NCBI RefSeq assembly: GCF_006345805.1
Contig: NC_043012.1
Location: 12,214,001-12,278,000 of the forward strand
Source of the DNA: Octopus sinensis
Lineage: Eukaryota
Length of the DNA stretch: 64,000 nt
Direction of reading: 5' to 3'
Position numbers and translations under genes: made by a program. Below, piece after piece: positions 14,145 through 27,780 of this stretch (position 1 is its first letter; each line of letters opens with the position of its first letter). Below the pieces are notes generated by a model that worked only from the letters and a program-made list of their open reading frames with translations, was not told the origin of the DNA and did not search any database.

Positions 14145-14533
14145 GTGGAAGCACTCCGTCGGTTACGACGATGAGGGTTCCGGTTGATCCGAATCAACGG
14201 AACAGCCTGCTCGTGAAATTAACGTGTAAGTGACAGAGCACTCCACAGACACGTGTACTCTTAACGTAGTTCTCGGGGATATTCAGCGTGACACAGAGAG
14301 TGACAAGGCCGGCCCTTTGAAATACAGGTTACAGCAGAAACAGGAAGTAAGAGTGAGAGAAAGTTGTGGTGAAAGAGTACAGCAGGGATCACCACCACCC
14401 CCTGTCGGAGCTTCGTGGAGCTTTTAGGTATTTTCGCTCAGTAAACACTCACAACGCCCGGTCTGAGAATCGAAACCGCGATCCTATGACCGCGAGTCCG
14501 CTGCCCTAATCACTGGGCCATTGCGCCTCCACG
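14145..14533 (-). mobile_element. Full-length tRNA-derived SINE, family A (gtggaggcgcaatggcccagtg head), 13-bp TSD
   Basis: A box tggcccagtgattagg and B box ggtttcgattc on the minus strand. TSD cttggattgtaat at 14132-14144 and 14534-14546. Confidence 0.93.
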
Positions 14534-14789
14534 CTTGGATTGTAATATTTGAACACTTGAAACGTAACATCTCGAATTTTTTATGTATTTTGTATTCCAA
14601 TGATAAAGGAACTTGACCAACGAAAACATGTCATCCATTCTGATGTTTGTCATATTTTGTTATATTTTGAATACTAATTAGTTGTGCTGCAACAAAGGTT
14701 TCCTCTTTTTCTTATTCGCTCTCTGTATATATAATATAATGCTGCCATGTTGTTTGTGTGCACAATGTGTTGCTTTATTTGGGGGATGA

Positions 14790-14975
14790 ACAAATGGGCG
14801 AGTTGCCAGAATCGCTAACACGTTGGACAAAATACTTAGAGGTATTTCATTCGGCTCTTTCCATTATTAGTTCCAATTTTGCCCAGATCGACTTTGCTTT
14901 TCATTCTTTCGGGGCCGATATAATATTACATCGATCCCAGTAATGTCTTGCAACAGATGTAATCGACTTCAGTTC
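14790..14975 (+). mobile_element. SINE family C, degenerate
   Basis: gggcgagttgccagaatcgctaacacgttggacaaaatacttag...gatcgactttgcttttcattctttcgggg. Confidence 0.7.
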
Positions 14976-15417
14976 AATCCTCAGCATAGTTGGTCTTCTG
15001 TCATAATGTGGATCAATAATTTTGGGTTAGAATCAACTTTTCTGCAAGCAGTGTACATAAAAAAATTGTTTCAGCTGTGTATGACCACGTGATGTTACAG
15101 ATTAAAAATTGTATTCCATATATCAAACTTTATATGCTGAAAAGAAAGGTAGTTTTATAATACAATAGTAATGAAAAAGTAGTAGACTGCAGTAAATTTT
15201 AAAAGTATATGAAGTCGAGATCTGAGTTGTACACACAGGAAGACGAGTTGGATGAGAAGCAATAAGGTAGGAAAGAAAATTAGAGGAGGGGACTTATTAG
15301 TTGCAGCTGTGTAGATGGGATAACAGTAGTAAACAATAAGAGAAAGAGAAGCGTTGCGACATTAGAAGACAGTTGCAGAGTAAAAGAGAGAGGAGAGTGA
15401 AACATATGTAGATATAC

Positions 15418-15459
<42 letters not shown>

Positions 15460-17082
15460 AAAACTTAAGGTAGCAGAATAACCAAGCAACTAAAGACAAG
15501 TATTATTACCGAAGAAACATGACACAGAATAGCCTATGGCATTTGATACACCTTTATCTGTGAAGGTTGTTCAAATACATGCTACTGGCCACTCTGAGTC
15601 ACTTCTCTTCGCTCACTTCCTTCGCTAAGTATCTGAACCATAAATGCATTCTACTGCTTTTGCAGACCTTATCTCCAGGGACAAGGCCTGACAAACTCGT
15701 GCAGATGATGGCTATTGAAGGAGAAACATACGCCATTGATCGTCCTCTTAACTCCTGAGAGAAAACTTCTCCCTTTCTAGAATAGCATGTTAGCATTCAA
15801 GGAGATTTGACACGAGATTAACTTTTTCTTGTGAAGCTCATCTTAATTGCCGGTTGGTAATTATGACACATCTTCAACAAGCGGAGAGAATTTTAATAAG
15901 CTACTAATTAATGTTGTATAATATTTGGTATGCTTCTATTTGTTTACGCTGTTCAAATACATGTCATCTTTTCAATTATTTCATTTTCCTTTAAATTACT
16001 TGTATTCGACTACTCAGTTAATGTTGATGCTATCCGTTGGATGTTTTACTAAAAAACAGCTTAGTGAAACAATTGGTCATAGATCTTATATAACCTCCGG
16101 AGAATTGGTCAGATTTCTGGTAGATATGTTTATGAAGAAATATAATGTATATCAGCGAATAAATGTATTGTAATTGGTATACCAGTATTTGACAATGTTA
16201 TTAGTAAAATTGGTTCATCTGTCTTCAAAGAGCTGTGGATTTGCTGTAACCTTAAAAGGTCAGGTAAATCGCTTTGTTGAATGAAATTATATAAATTTCT
16301 GATTTGATATTAGGCTACGGACACATTTGTCTTTTATCTTAATCGATTCTCATTGTTCGATAAATAAATATCAGTCAAGTAATAGGCAACATTAATCTAC
16401 CAAAACACTCTTTTAAAGATATGACGAATGTTGTAAATCACCATATATCGATTACTTATATCGAAATAAGGAAATATATACGCAAAATAGATTGGAGTGT
16501 TGGGGTGAATGCATTTTCATGTTTTATCTTTCATCTTTCCCTCGTTTCATTATTTGGACTGCAATATTCCTAGGGCTCTAATCGACCAAATTAATCACAG
16601 AACTTTTTCTTTTAAAAGTCAATCAATATTTTTTTCTCCGAAGGGCTTAGGGGGAGTAAACAAACCAATGCACGTTGTCAAGCGGTAAAGTGACAGGTAC
16701 AAAAACGAAGGCGTAAATCTCTCTCTCCCTCTCTCCACAAACACACACACATGCACAAACACACACACACACACGCACAAACACACACACACACACGCGC
16801 GCGCAAATATATATATATATCTGTATGTATGTAGTGCAGTTGTGAATAAAACTTCTTTTCAATCAGATTATTAGAGTAAAATTGTAAAAATGCAATGCAA
16901 AGACAACGTAGGTGGCATTAGGTACAAAGACAAGAACAAAATCAATTCCTGCAAGTTCTTAACTGTAACATAATATACATCTACGTAGAGGATATTCTAT
17001 ATTGATACAAGGCCAAAAATGTGTGGGTGTTAAAGTTTAAAAGACCGAATCAATTCCAGTACATGTTTGGTGCTTATTTTAT

Positions 17083-17126
<44 letters not shown>

Positions 17127-18308
17127 GAGTGAGAGAAAGAGAGAGAGAGAGAGTGAGAGAGATCATAGATAAAATTAATGTTATGACTCAGTTAACACAC
17201 TGCATGTAAACCGCAGTTAATTCCTTCTGTTTATTCACTGCTTTATACAATGTACATAAGAGCGAGCCAATGTATTAGATTTTGTGTTGTCTCTCGACAT
17301 AGTAGGAGCACTGGCCAAATTTTCTTCAAATTACACATCACATTCTCTAAGTTGGAAGTTAATATTGTTCAACGTAAGTACATACAAAAAGTTTGGCTGT
17401 TAGATTGGCTTTGATCATAAACACATTCAACTTGAGCTAATTTGGAAATAACGAAAAAAATAATTAATGACGAACAACAGAGTACAAAATTTACTTAGCT
17501 TTATTGTACAAGAAGCAATTTTTTTTTCGTATAAACAGAAACCAAGGAGGATAGCGGTGGTCTACATTGGCAAAACTTGTTTTATTAGCAAAATGTAACA
17601 GTAAAGTTGTTGTGAAATTGCGGCAGGGTAAATATGACGACAGGGAAGATATAAAACTCCAAACACATCAGAGGAGCATCCTCGATAACTGACGAGAAGA
17701 TGCTTCGTCTTATTCAAAATGCCTCAATACCTATTCAACCTCAGACTAAAGTTTTGGTCACTAAACCAAAATCTGTAATGTTCAAGACCTAGTTCCTGTC
17801 ACCTGCTTTTTCATTCCCTCGTCAAGTGTCAAATTATAAAGATTTTCGCTCTCTTGGAATCATAGATAAGAAAACATAGGATTGAGAACAATTAAATCAA
17901 TATTTATCCACGGGAGGTATTTTGCATGATGGCAACAACTTTCATGTATAGTGTAGTCTAATCGGGATGTAATTTATTTATGTACTATACGTGAACAACT
18001 CACAAACATAATCAGACACGCGCACACGCACCCCCCACACGCTTACACACACACGCAGTCACACACAGTAGTAAAAAACAGAAGCAAGGTGTTCCCACAC
18101 CAGAACCCTGACTCGAAGTTTGCAACAGAGTAGATTCTGCTAAAGGTGACACATTGCTAAGTACTGCTGTTAAATTGGATTAGGTGTCCCATCCTAGTAG
18201 GCTATGCAAGGAATTGACTCTACAAAGTAGAGAGGCGAAGCAAATATCGAAGTTCTTATGATTCCACATGTCTATCGCCTTAGACTGGTAATTAGTTATC
18301 AACAGCAA

Positions 18309-18460
18309 TGGCTGCGAACTGGCAGAAACGTTACCGCAATGAACAAAATGCTTCGACGCATTTCTTCGGCACTTTACGTTCTGAGTTCAAGTGACTCCAA
18401 GGTCTAATTTGCCTTTCATAATTTCGAAAGCGAGAAAATAAGTACCACCTGAGAACTATG
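18309..18460 (+). mobile_element. SINE family C head
   Basis: ggctgcgaactggcagaaacgttaccgc...ctttacgttctgagttcaag...tttgcctttcat. Confidence 0.75.
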
Positions 18461-19659
18461 GCGACTCTAATGGACTTGCTTCCTCCCATTAAAATGTCTG
18501 GCCCTGCGCCAAATTTAGAAAGAATTTATCGACTCCGGAAAAATGAAAATGAAAGTGAATCCCCGCGGCATTCAAATTCAGTCTGCAAGAAGACCAGAAT
18601 AAAAGCAGAAAGGCATTTTGTTTGGCGTTCTAATGAACTTGCCATGTCGTGGTTCAGAATCGAACAAGTAGTACAGAAAATGTTTGTATTTACCATCCAT
18701 CTGCAGTCCTCACAAAAAAAATCATATTGAAAATCCAGCCTTATGTCACAATATGGTCAGTGACAATGCAAAGTTACCCGAATTATAGAGAATATTATTA
18801 AAGAATAAAAGCAAAACTATGATATCTATCAAAAGGTTAACTGTGTTCGTATTGATTTGAGTCAAGTTCTTCCAAATAAGGGCATTAGCATTCTGGCAAA
18901 TAGATGAATTAACAAAATTCTTAGATCTCACCCAAACCCCTGCTGTAATCCATGTTCATAAGATTGGCTTGCAGCGAATGAGATCACAGGAATTTGACTG
19001 AGTGACGATTAAAAGAAACTGCTGCCTCTACTGTGAATCAAAGCAATGCCAGTACCACGCACACATTCGCTGACGAAATGAAAGAAATGTATTTTCGAAC
19101 AGTGTGGTCATAGACTTATCCGTATGGTGTTTAAGTTTGCGTAGAAAAGTATGCCTTTGGATATTCCAGTGCAAAGTTCGTAATATAGACCGCTCAACGG
19201 CTCACAAAAGGAAAATTTGTTCGATGTAAGTCCTTTGATATTTATTGAAAGCTTTCAGCTAGTTCTTATCTTTAAGAATTTCAAAGCTCTATTTCCAACT
19301 TCTAACAGTTGGTCTGATTGATTTTTTGAAAAATTCCGACGCTTATTTTATTATATATTTTATGTAATAAACTTTTATGCAATAAATCAGCGTAGATAGA
19401 AAGTGAAAGTAATTCACCGAAGGCGTCAAATACCCAACCAAATTACCCACCCTCACATAATAGAAATAAAAACGAAAACAAAATAAAAAAATCAAAATAT
19501 AATAATAAACCAGTAAAATATGAGAGTTTTATTTTATTAAAGATTCCATATGCAGCAAGAGCCCCTGAATTGTTTTTCAACATCTAAAGATATCCATGAT
19601 AGTTTGCTTACGTGCAACACAAGCCCTCTCTCCAAATGGCTGACGTGAATACACTCTTA

Positions 19660-19697
<38 letters not shown>

Positions 19698-20403
19698 GTG
19701 TGTGTGTGTGTGGTGTGTGTGTGTGTGTGCGTGCGTGTGTGTGTGTGTATTTATGCACATGTTTGAGTGAGAGATTAAGAGAGAGAGAGAGAGAGAGGGA
19801 AAGAGCCTTAAACACTCTGAAATAATTATCTATCCAGCCACGCATCTTTCCATCCAGTCATCCATCCATCCATCCGTGCACCTATTCATCCGTCAGTCTG
19901 TCTGTCTGTATGTCTGTTTGTCGTTTTTGGTACAAGCCCTAATTATACAGGCCCGTTGATATTGACCCCTCAACACCTTGGACACACTGAAATATTGGCC
20001 AGCGTTTTCCTTATCTTTCAGTCAGAAATTGAAATCGTCAAATGTATATTTGTTAGTGAAGCTTAGTCTCTGATAGCTTCATATGTACAACGTTCACAAC
20101 ATTAAAATTAGCACTTTAGTACAAATTCATCTCTCTCGCTAGTTATAACACTAAACTCAACAATAAACGCATCTATTTTCATAGAAGTGGTCAAGTTACA
20201 TGAGAACGTATAAACTTTCGAAGGAATGTGAAATAATTAATTTTCAGAACTCTGCATTTCGAAGCACAAAATGTTATAAATAATAGTACGTAAACCCTTT
20301 CAAAAAACCCTTTTTGCAATGACCTTTCAGATTAAAAAATGTTAATGCGGCCCCAAGGGCAGCCTTCGACTTTTATCTCCCGCAAATGGGGTTTTCATTC
20401 TGT

Positions 20404-20491
20404 TATTTCTAGCTTTATGTGCTTCGAGGCCTGCTATTTCTAGCTTTATGTGCTTTGAGGTCTATTATTTCTAGCTTTATGTGCTTCGAGG
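20404..20491. repeat. 31-bp tandem repeat x3
   Basis: tatttctagctttatgtgctt(c/t)gagg at 20404, 20435 and 20466. Confidence 0.92.
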
Positions 20492-21122
20492 TCAACTGAT
20501 CCCAAAACAATTATTACACTTTCCGTCAGTCAGTCATGACTAAGATCAGTTTATTAAATAATTACTATCAATTTCTATTCAGTTATACATATCAAATGGT
20601 TATTCACAGTTCCACTTCCAGTTCCTGCCGAAAGAACTGTTAAGTAGCATAAAGTACAATGGCGAACGTAGAGTTCTCTGCAGATCTTTTCTGTGTCGCT
20701 TTTCCAGGAGAATCATTCGTATTGACTTTTTATAAACGCATTAAACATTAGAGCAGTAAAAATGGATCCAACAAATTCTCTTTAATTTCTTAAATCTATT
20801 TAATCTCTTTAACAGAAAATCGCCTACTAGACGTTTTTATTCCCCTTTTTATGAGATGGGTACTAAAACAATAGGTGTGTGTATGTGTGCGTGTGTTTGT
20901 GTTTGTGTGTGTGTGTGTACATATATTTAAATACTCTGTGACTGATCTTGTTGATGTGGGAATTATCATTTTTTAAGGGTACATACTTACATCCAAATGC
21001 ATACATGAACACACATACACACACAAACACGCATGCACACACAAACACTCAAACTTATAAATACATACCTATATATATACATACATATAAAATACTTTCT
21101 TATACACATATATATACGTGTT

Positions 21123-21180
<58 letters not shown>

Positions 21181-21728
21181 TGTTTATATGTATGTGTGTG
21201 TGTGCATTATATTTTTATAGATCTTGGATAAAGAATAAAGGATTTGCGCTTTACTAGTTAAAAGAAAGAATTCGTGATGTACATGTCTGTTTCAAAGGCA
21301 TTAATGTAACTAATGTGAATCAGCATTTTCCAGTTTGACATCACATCGAGCACAATAGTTCGCCGGGAGGTAGTTTATATTGTGTGGTGTCCGCCATTAA
21401 AATATTTTGCATTTGGACGCGTGACAGGCTTGTGATGTTGGTATATTTTGTTGTTAGTTTAAAGGAATAATATGATTTTGTTATTTAGAAGGCGCCTTGT
21501 GTAGTTTGGAGATTAGAACTGAAGTATTGTGTGATAGGCTTTGAGATAGTTTAATGAATTGAATGATTGAAGTGTTGTCACGTTGGGTGTCAGCGATTTA
21601 AGTCTAATATTTTAATACATCCTTACTGTTATTATGTGATATCATCTTCGCTGTTAGATCCATCCATATGGAATTGCATAGATGCTGGAATGTTACTGGT
21701 CTACGAAGAAATGCTAACATACTAAAGC

Positions 21729-21807
<79 letters not shown>

Positions 21808-21865
21808 TGTGTGTATGTGTGTGTGTGTGTGTATGTGCGTATACATACAAACATACACATGCATG

Positions 21866-21913
<48 letters not shown>

Positions 21914-22539
21914 GTGTGTGTGTGTGCGAGAGCACACACACGGATTTATGTAGAACAAACTGAGAGAGAAATGCCCTCTACATATCGTAAAGTGTGTAAT
22001 GTTTACAGTGAAACAGTAAACGTAGGAACTGTCTCTCGACTGTAGATCATGCTTTTCCGATTTTCTAGCGAAAACAGAGTGTATATATGTATGTTTTGTG
22101 CGCGCGGGCGTATGTGTATACACACTGGCATAGAAAGTGGCACAAAACTCACACCGACACTCAAAAACAGATACACAGACACACATGCATGCACATAAAT
22201 AGTCTTCACACGATCGAAATAATTTCTAAATACATTGAAAACGTCAATTTTTTTTACATGTTATGTCAAAAAGAAAAAACTAAAACAGCTTTTAGGCAAA
22301 GAAAAAATTGGCAGTAACAGAGTAACAGGGTGCAAACTGTTTTCTTTATTTGAAATTTTTGTCTGTGATATGATTTAAACGTTGGAATTTTAGAATTTTA
22401 AATTCAAACAATTACAAGTTGTGTCGTGAGCGATAAAGAACACTAACTGTATAAGCGCTCGGTATCCATGTTTTCTCTTTTACAATTTGCGTTTTCCATA
22501 CATTTTCCAAATAATTTAAATAATCTTTTCTGGAATAAG

Positions 22540-22738
22540 CTCAGAACCTGAAATTTTGAAGTAGGGAGCGTGTCGATTACATCATCCACCAGTGTTCGAC
22601 TTGTACTTAGTTACTTCATCAACCCCTGAATGGATAAAAAGCAAAGTCGATTTTGGTGGAATTCGTACCCATAGCGCATAGACGAAAGAAATGCCGCTAA
22701 GCACTTTTTCTGGCTTGTCAAGGATTTTGCTAGCCCGC
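22540..22738 (-). mobile_element. SINE family C, degenerate
   Basis: gtcgattacatc...ggataaaaagcaaagtcgattttggtggaattcg...gccgctaagcac...ttttgctagcccgc. Confidence 0.7.
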
Positions 22739-23349
22739 TGTCTTAAATCACTTGAACAATGAACAACTAAATGGATATGCTATGAGAATGCCAAATATGC
22801 TGTTGGCTACGATTTAGAGTTGACAAAATATACAACTGGCTAATGTTTTGAATTCTCAAAGCAAAACAACATAACTTGCTACTGTTTGATGACGTTTGTA
22901 AAATACATAGTTTCCAAGTTAATGAGGATCTAACTAGATGTGCTATAAGATTTAATGAGGCTGATGTCCTTGACATGAATAGAGACCGACAGCAAAAATG
23001 GATTGGCTTGTGCCTAGTTCATAATATCTTTTACATGGTGGAAGTGAAAGTGGACAAGATGTCGGGGAGGTATACAAATATATTATTCGGAGAATACAAT
23101 CGTGAAGCAAACAATATAAAAAAAAAAGAAGAGTAATCAGGGACAATTTTCATCGACGACTATTACGAAACAAAGATCGATACTGATTGGCAAAAGACCA
23201 ATGCAAATGATTCCATACTAAGCAAACAAGAAAACTGACATATATCTGTTTCGAAAATACAGCAATTATAATCAAGATCGTCATTAACCTTGTCTGGTTA
23301 GGTCAACATAATGCAAATATATTTTAGTAGAACTGAACTTGAAATTTAT

Positions 23350-24102
23350 ATCATACACATGAAAGCGTCAAAATTAGACGCAATAGCTGCCAAAACTAGG
23401 ATTGAATGTCAACAGCGGCAAATCAAAAATTATGCGCGTTAATGAAGAAAAGAGCGAACGTATTAAACTAGAAACCGGTGAACTAGAGGATGTAACCGAG
23501 TTTACGTATTTAGGTAGTAAGATAAAGTTTTCAGGCGGGACCGACGGAGATATTAAGACAAGAATAAGTAAGGCAAGGACCGCTTTTCACCTGTTTAAAA
23601 AAGTATGGAGCGCAAGTGTAATTTCAATAAAGAACAAAATAAGAATTTTTAACACTAACGTAAAAGCAGTGTTATTGCATGGGGCTGAGACATGGCGAAC
23701 AACAGTTAAGTCAAATAAGCAAATACAATCATTCATCAACAGATGCTTGCGTAGTATACTTAAAATTAGATGGCCCCAACACATAAGCAATATGGAGCTA
23801 TGGCAAAGAAGAAATCAAGTTTCGATTAGGGAGCAAATATTTAAGAAAAAGTGGAAGTGGATTGGTAGCACAATTAGAAAAGACACACCAAATGTAGCGA
23901 AAAGTGCTTTACAGTGGAAACCAGATGGATATAGAAGGAGAGGTAGGCCTAAGAACTTGTGGTGTAGATCAACACAAAAGGAACTAGAGAAAGGGGGACA
24001 TTCATGACAGAGTATAAGTACAGAAGCGAAAAATTATGCGACATGGAATTCAACTATAAGTGGCCTATACTCTACGTTGGAGGGTTAAAGGAAAAAAAAA
24101 AA
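23350..24102 (+). mobile_element. RTE-clade LINE, 5'-truncated 3' end (RT C-terminus/thumb)
   Basis: ORF 23402-24007: EDVTEFTYLGS, DIKTRISKARTAF, KIRIFNTNVKAVLLHGAETW, RCLRSILKIRWP, KWKWIG, RRRGRPKNLW. Upstream frameshifted HMKASKLDAIAAK. A-rich tail about 24092-24102. Confidence 0.92.
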
Positions 24103-24333
24103 TGAAAATGAAAGATTTATAAAAATAGTAATTAGATGTAATGTTAGTTCGGATTCACTAGCATGAAGTAACGAATTTATATATATTCAAACATTTTAGG
24201 GGCAAAAGTTTGATTCACTATTAACTTTTCATCCCCATTGGCATAACCACTACTTAAGCAAGTAAGGTCATAAACACGGGTCGAAGAAAATGATGTATGG
24301 AACTTGGAAGTATATATATATATATATAATAAA

Positions 24334-24575
24334 AATAAATGTGCCCTTTTAAAACCTACCCAGGCTCATGGGCTCGGTTACCCGGTTTCTATGGCGTATG
24401 TGTTCCCCAGCTGGATGAGACGCCGGTCCATCGCAGCGTTGCTTATTTTTACCTGCTGAGTGGACTGGAGTAACGTGAAATAAATGTTTTGCTCAAGAAC
24501 ACAACGCGTCGCCTGGTCCAGGAATCGAAACTACAGTCTTACGATCATAGCGCTGACTAAGCCACGCACCTCCAC
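24334..24575 (-). mobile_element. tRNA-derived SINE with Meta-like central domain
   Basis: cagctggatgagacgccggtccatcgcagcgtt...gtggactggag..acgtgaaataaatgttttgctcaagaacacaacg...ggaatcgaaac; shares its tail with the 42195 and 52661 copies. Confidence 0.75.
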
Positions 24576-24610
24576 ACACACACGCACACACACACACATG
24601 CACACACACG

Positions 24611-24653
<43 letters not shown>

Positions 24654-24674
24654 GTATATACATATAAATATGGA

Positions 24675-24880
24675 TTGCAAATTTTAGCTCAAGGCCATGA
24701 ATTTCGAGGCGGGGATAAGCCGTTTACTTCAACCCCAGTATTTAACTGGTACGTATTTTATTGACCCCGAGAGGATAAAATGTAAAGCGAACCTCTACGG
24801 AATTTGAACTCGGAACGTAGAGATGGTCGCATTGCCAACCGTTGTGTCCGACATGCTAACAATTCTACGAGCTCGCCATC
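24675..24880 (-). mobile_element. SINE family C
   Basis: accccagtatttaactggtacgtattttattgaccccgagaggataaaa...ggaatttgaactcggaacgtag...atgctaacaattctacgagctcgcc. Confidence 0.8.
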
Positions 24881-25259
24881 TACACTCACACAGACACATA
24901 TAAGCAGATATTTATAGTGAATAAATATATACATATGTATATTATAAATATCATATACATATATTACTATTATATATCATTTCTTCACGGGTGTGTGGTT
25001 ATAACGCCCTTTTTACAGGGCCTTGCCTTCGGGTTCAGTCCCAGAACATGACGGTGTGAGCAAACGTCTTCTACTCTTATCCTGATTTCGTTTTTGTATT
25101 TGGTTTGCAGGGATCGTGTGTTGAAGCATATTTATTGTGTCTGGGGAAAGTTATTCAGTTTGAATGCCTTATTAATTAACACACTCACCGATTCGATTTC
25201 CACTCAATTACTTATTTTTTCTAATATTGTCCTTGCACCTTGCAACCTCTTCAAAAGTC

Positions 25260-25302
<43 letters not shown>

Positions 25303-25370
25303 GTTTGTGTGTGTGTGTGTGGTGTGTGTGTGTGCATGTGTGTGTATGTATATATATATATTATAGTCGT

Positions 25371-25407
<37 letters not shown>

Positions 25408-25821
25408 AATCTATACATCTCTACATATTTGTGTATATGCGTGAAAGTGTGTATGCGTAAGTGTGTGCGTGCGTAAGTGTGTGTGTGAGAGAGAGAGAGT
25501 GTGTGTGTGTGTGTGAGTCAGTGAGTGTACGTGTGTGTGTTTACAAGTCGATGGATGGATAAAATAAATGCTGCTAGCGATGTAAACCACAAAAAGTTAT
25601 AGACAACGATTCAGAAAACAACTTGGTGCAATGGCCAGAGTAAGTGAAAAGATGAAAGAATTAAAGAATTCATTCTGCACATGCGCGTACTCACATTGAC
25701 ACTCATATTTAGCTGTATATATGTATCTCTATGTATATAGGTGTACAGAATTGCGTTTATATATGTGCCTGTGTTTAGTATGTATGATTATATTTTATTT
25801 AATAGACATACATATACATAC

Positions 25822-25859
<38 letters not shown>

Positions 25860-26005
25860 TATGTGAATAGAAAGATGAATAATCTTGTTGTAGATAATCA
25901 AAAGTTAACCGATACCTTAGTAGTACAAAATCACAGCAGTAAACACACGGTTGGAGGTACAACCATCTGGCGTTGCAACCGTGCGTTGGTGCGGATAATT
26001 GAAAT

Positions 26006-26235
26006 TAAAACATTATTGGTGAATTGAAGAAATGGAGCTGAACGCAATTGAACGCCTCTGTTCTGTTTTGTTTCTCTAACGGATTTCCTTTTTCTTCCTG
26101 AGAAAAAGACACAATATGTCCATTATTCAATCGATTTTGGTAATTTGTGCCTTTCGAAACACGTGTAGAATGAAATAAACGATTTCTGTTCAATCTGCGT
26201 TCAGCTCCATTCTTCAATTCACCAATAATGTTTTA
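26006..26235 (+). mobile_element. 230-bp fold-back element (48-nt inverted arms) containing a degenerate hammerhead
   Basis: Arms 26006-26053 (taaaacattattggtgaattgaagaaatggagctgaacgcaattgaac) and 26188-26235; right end runs into (TA)n. Confidence 0.8.
26091..26175 (+). ncRNA. Degenerate type I hammerhead-like motif
   Basis: tttcttc-CTGAgaa-aaagacacaa...ttgtgccttt-c-GAAAC-ACGT-GTA-gaatgaaa. Stem II, palindromic stem III (ACACGTGT), GUA triplet and stem I are present; the CUGANGA core is one nt short. Confidence 0.5.
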
Positions 26236-26244
26236 TATATATAT

Positions 26245-26291
<47 letters not shown>

Positions 26292-26302
26292 TATTATATA
26301 TA

Positions 26303-26515
26303 TAACGGGAAGCTTTATGAAAATAAAAAAAAGACGAAGGCAGGTGGAAAACAAACGAACAATTGTATTAGTATGGCGCTCAGGAAAAAAAATAAAACAA
26401 GTCTTTAAAGTTTCGAGCCTACGCTCTTCAACAGAAGATACACAGAGAGAGAACAACACAGAAAGAAGGAGGGAGAAAAAAAATGCGTGCAGTAGCTAAC
26501 GAATCAACATGGCGA
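26303..26515 (-). mobile_element. Short Penelope-pLTR-like element with CUGUUGA hammerhead variant
   Basis: Minus strand: TCTT-CTGTTGA-A-GAGC-GTAG-GCTC-GAAAC-TT-TA-AAGA (26402-26438). 3' end abuts (TA)n at about 26300. Shares the gctcagga motif with the 56610 element. Confidence 0.55.
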
Positions 26516-27089
26516 TGCATGTTTATGTATGTATGTACATATGTATGCATGCATTATGTATGCATCTGTATACATGGGTACACACAAAGCTAAGTCACAA
26601 AGGTTATCAGAATACATACTGAAAAGGTCAATGATTCGTATCTTATCGACACTCTGTGGATGATTCCACTTAGCTTTTAGAAAAAAGCATAGAGGAAGGA
26701 AACGTCAGTGCCGTAGGAGGAAACTCTGCTGCATTCGACGAGTATAACGTTCGCTCGTAGCAGACAGACAAGACATTAACGCTATCGGTTCTAGAACAAG
26801 TTGAATAAACTTTAGGAACGAAAACATCATGCGTCTTTGAAAAGAGTTAATATGAAGGAGAACAGGTTCACATCTCTGCCATCGTTGGACTGCACTGGAC
26901 TGCAGCCATCATGCGGCACCGCCTTGGTGGGTTTAGTGGAACAAGTATATCTTAGTACTTGTCTTTGAGTATTTACTCTATCGATCTCGATTGCTAAACT
27001 CATAATGGTATGAGAACGTAAGCAAGCAAATACCGCTTGTGTATCAAAGATTGAGGAAGAAATATGATGACACCTGCATACACACTCAT

Positions 27090-27133
<44 letters not shown>

Positions 27134-27780
27134 GTATGTATGTATATATGACGGGCATTTTGCTCGGCGAGCTACTGATTCTGCAAACTCGCCGTTCTTT
27201 TATATAAATATATACCACACGGAATAAGTTTTTTGTTGATCTTACCTTAGCGGGAAAGTAAACTATTATATACGATGGGCTTCACATAGTTTCCCTATTC
27301 CAAATTCACTCGTAATTTATTAATCAACACAGGGCTTTGATAGAAGGCACTTGCACAAGATACCGCGCAGTCGGACTGAATCTGAAAACTGAACCATGCT
27401 CTGGCCTAAAGTGTAACATCTGTGATTAATACTGATTCCAAGTCAATGTATAATTATTTGTGGTTGACATTTTAATGCACCTTCCATAAAATACAAGAAC
27501 GTATGCGATCTACGCTTAGTTTGAATGAATCAGCAAGATTTAGAGATTATAATCAATGGTACCCGTAAATGAAACCTTAATTTCTATTAGCTTATGTTTG
27601 TTTACGGCTATATCACATTGAAAGACAGGTTATCACCCGATCACCGGAGGTAAACAAATTCTACTATAGCTTCGGGCTGACCACAGCCTTGTGAAGATTT
27701 GGTAGACGGGAGCTAAAACAAGTCCATCATAGACATACATACATACATACATACATACAAAACCAAGTAAATGATATTGA

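Noticed and set aside
14460-14533. tRNA-like sequences at SINE heads
   Set aside because: They have A and B boxes but run into SINE bodies with TSDs; no complete cloverleaf, so not tRNA genes.
17687-17725. CTGACGA followed by a short stem as a hammerhead
   Set aside because: No GAAA after the stem.
20404-20491. CRISPR-like array
   Set aside because: Eukaryotic context, 5-nt 'spacers', no cas genes.
21270-21660. Possible LINE remnant on the minus strand
   Set aside because: Only vague similarity (YINAFETDMY); multiple stops; cannot assign.
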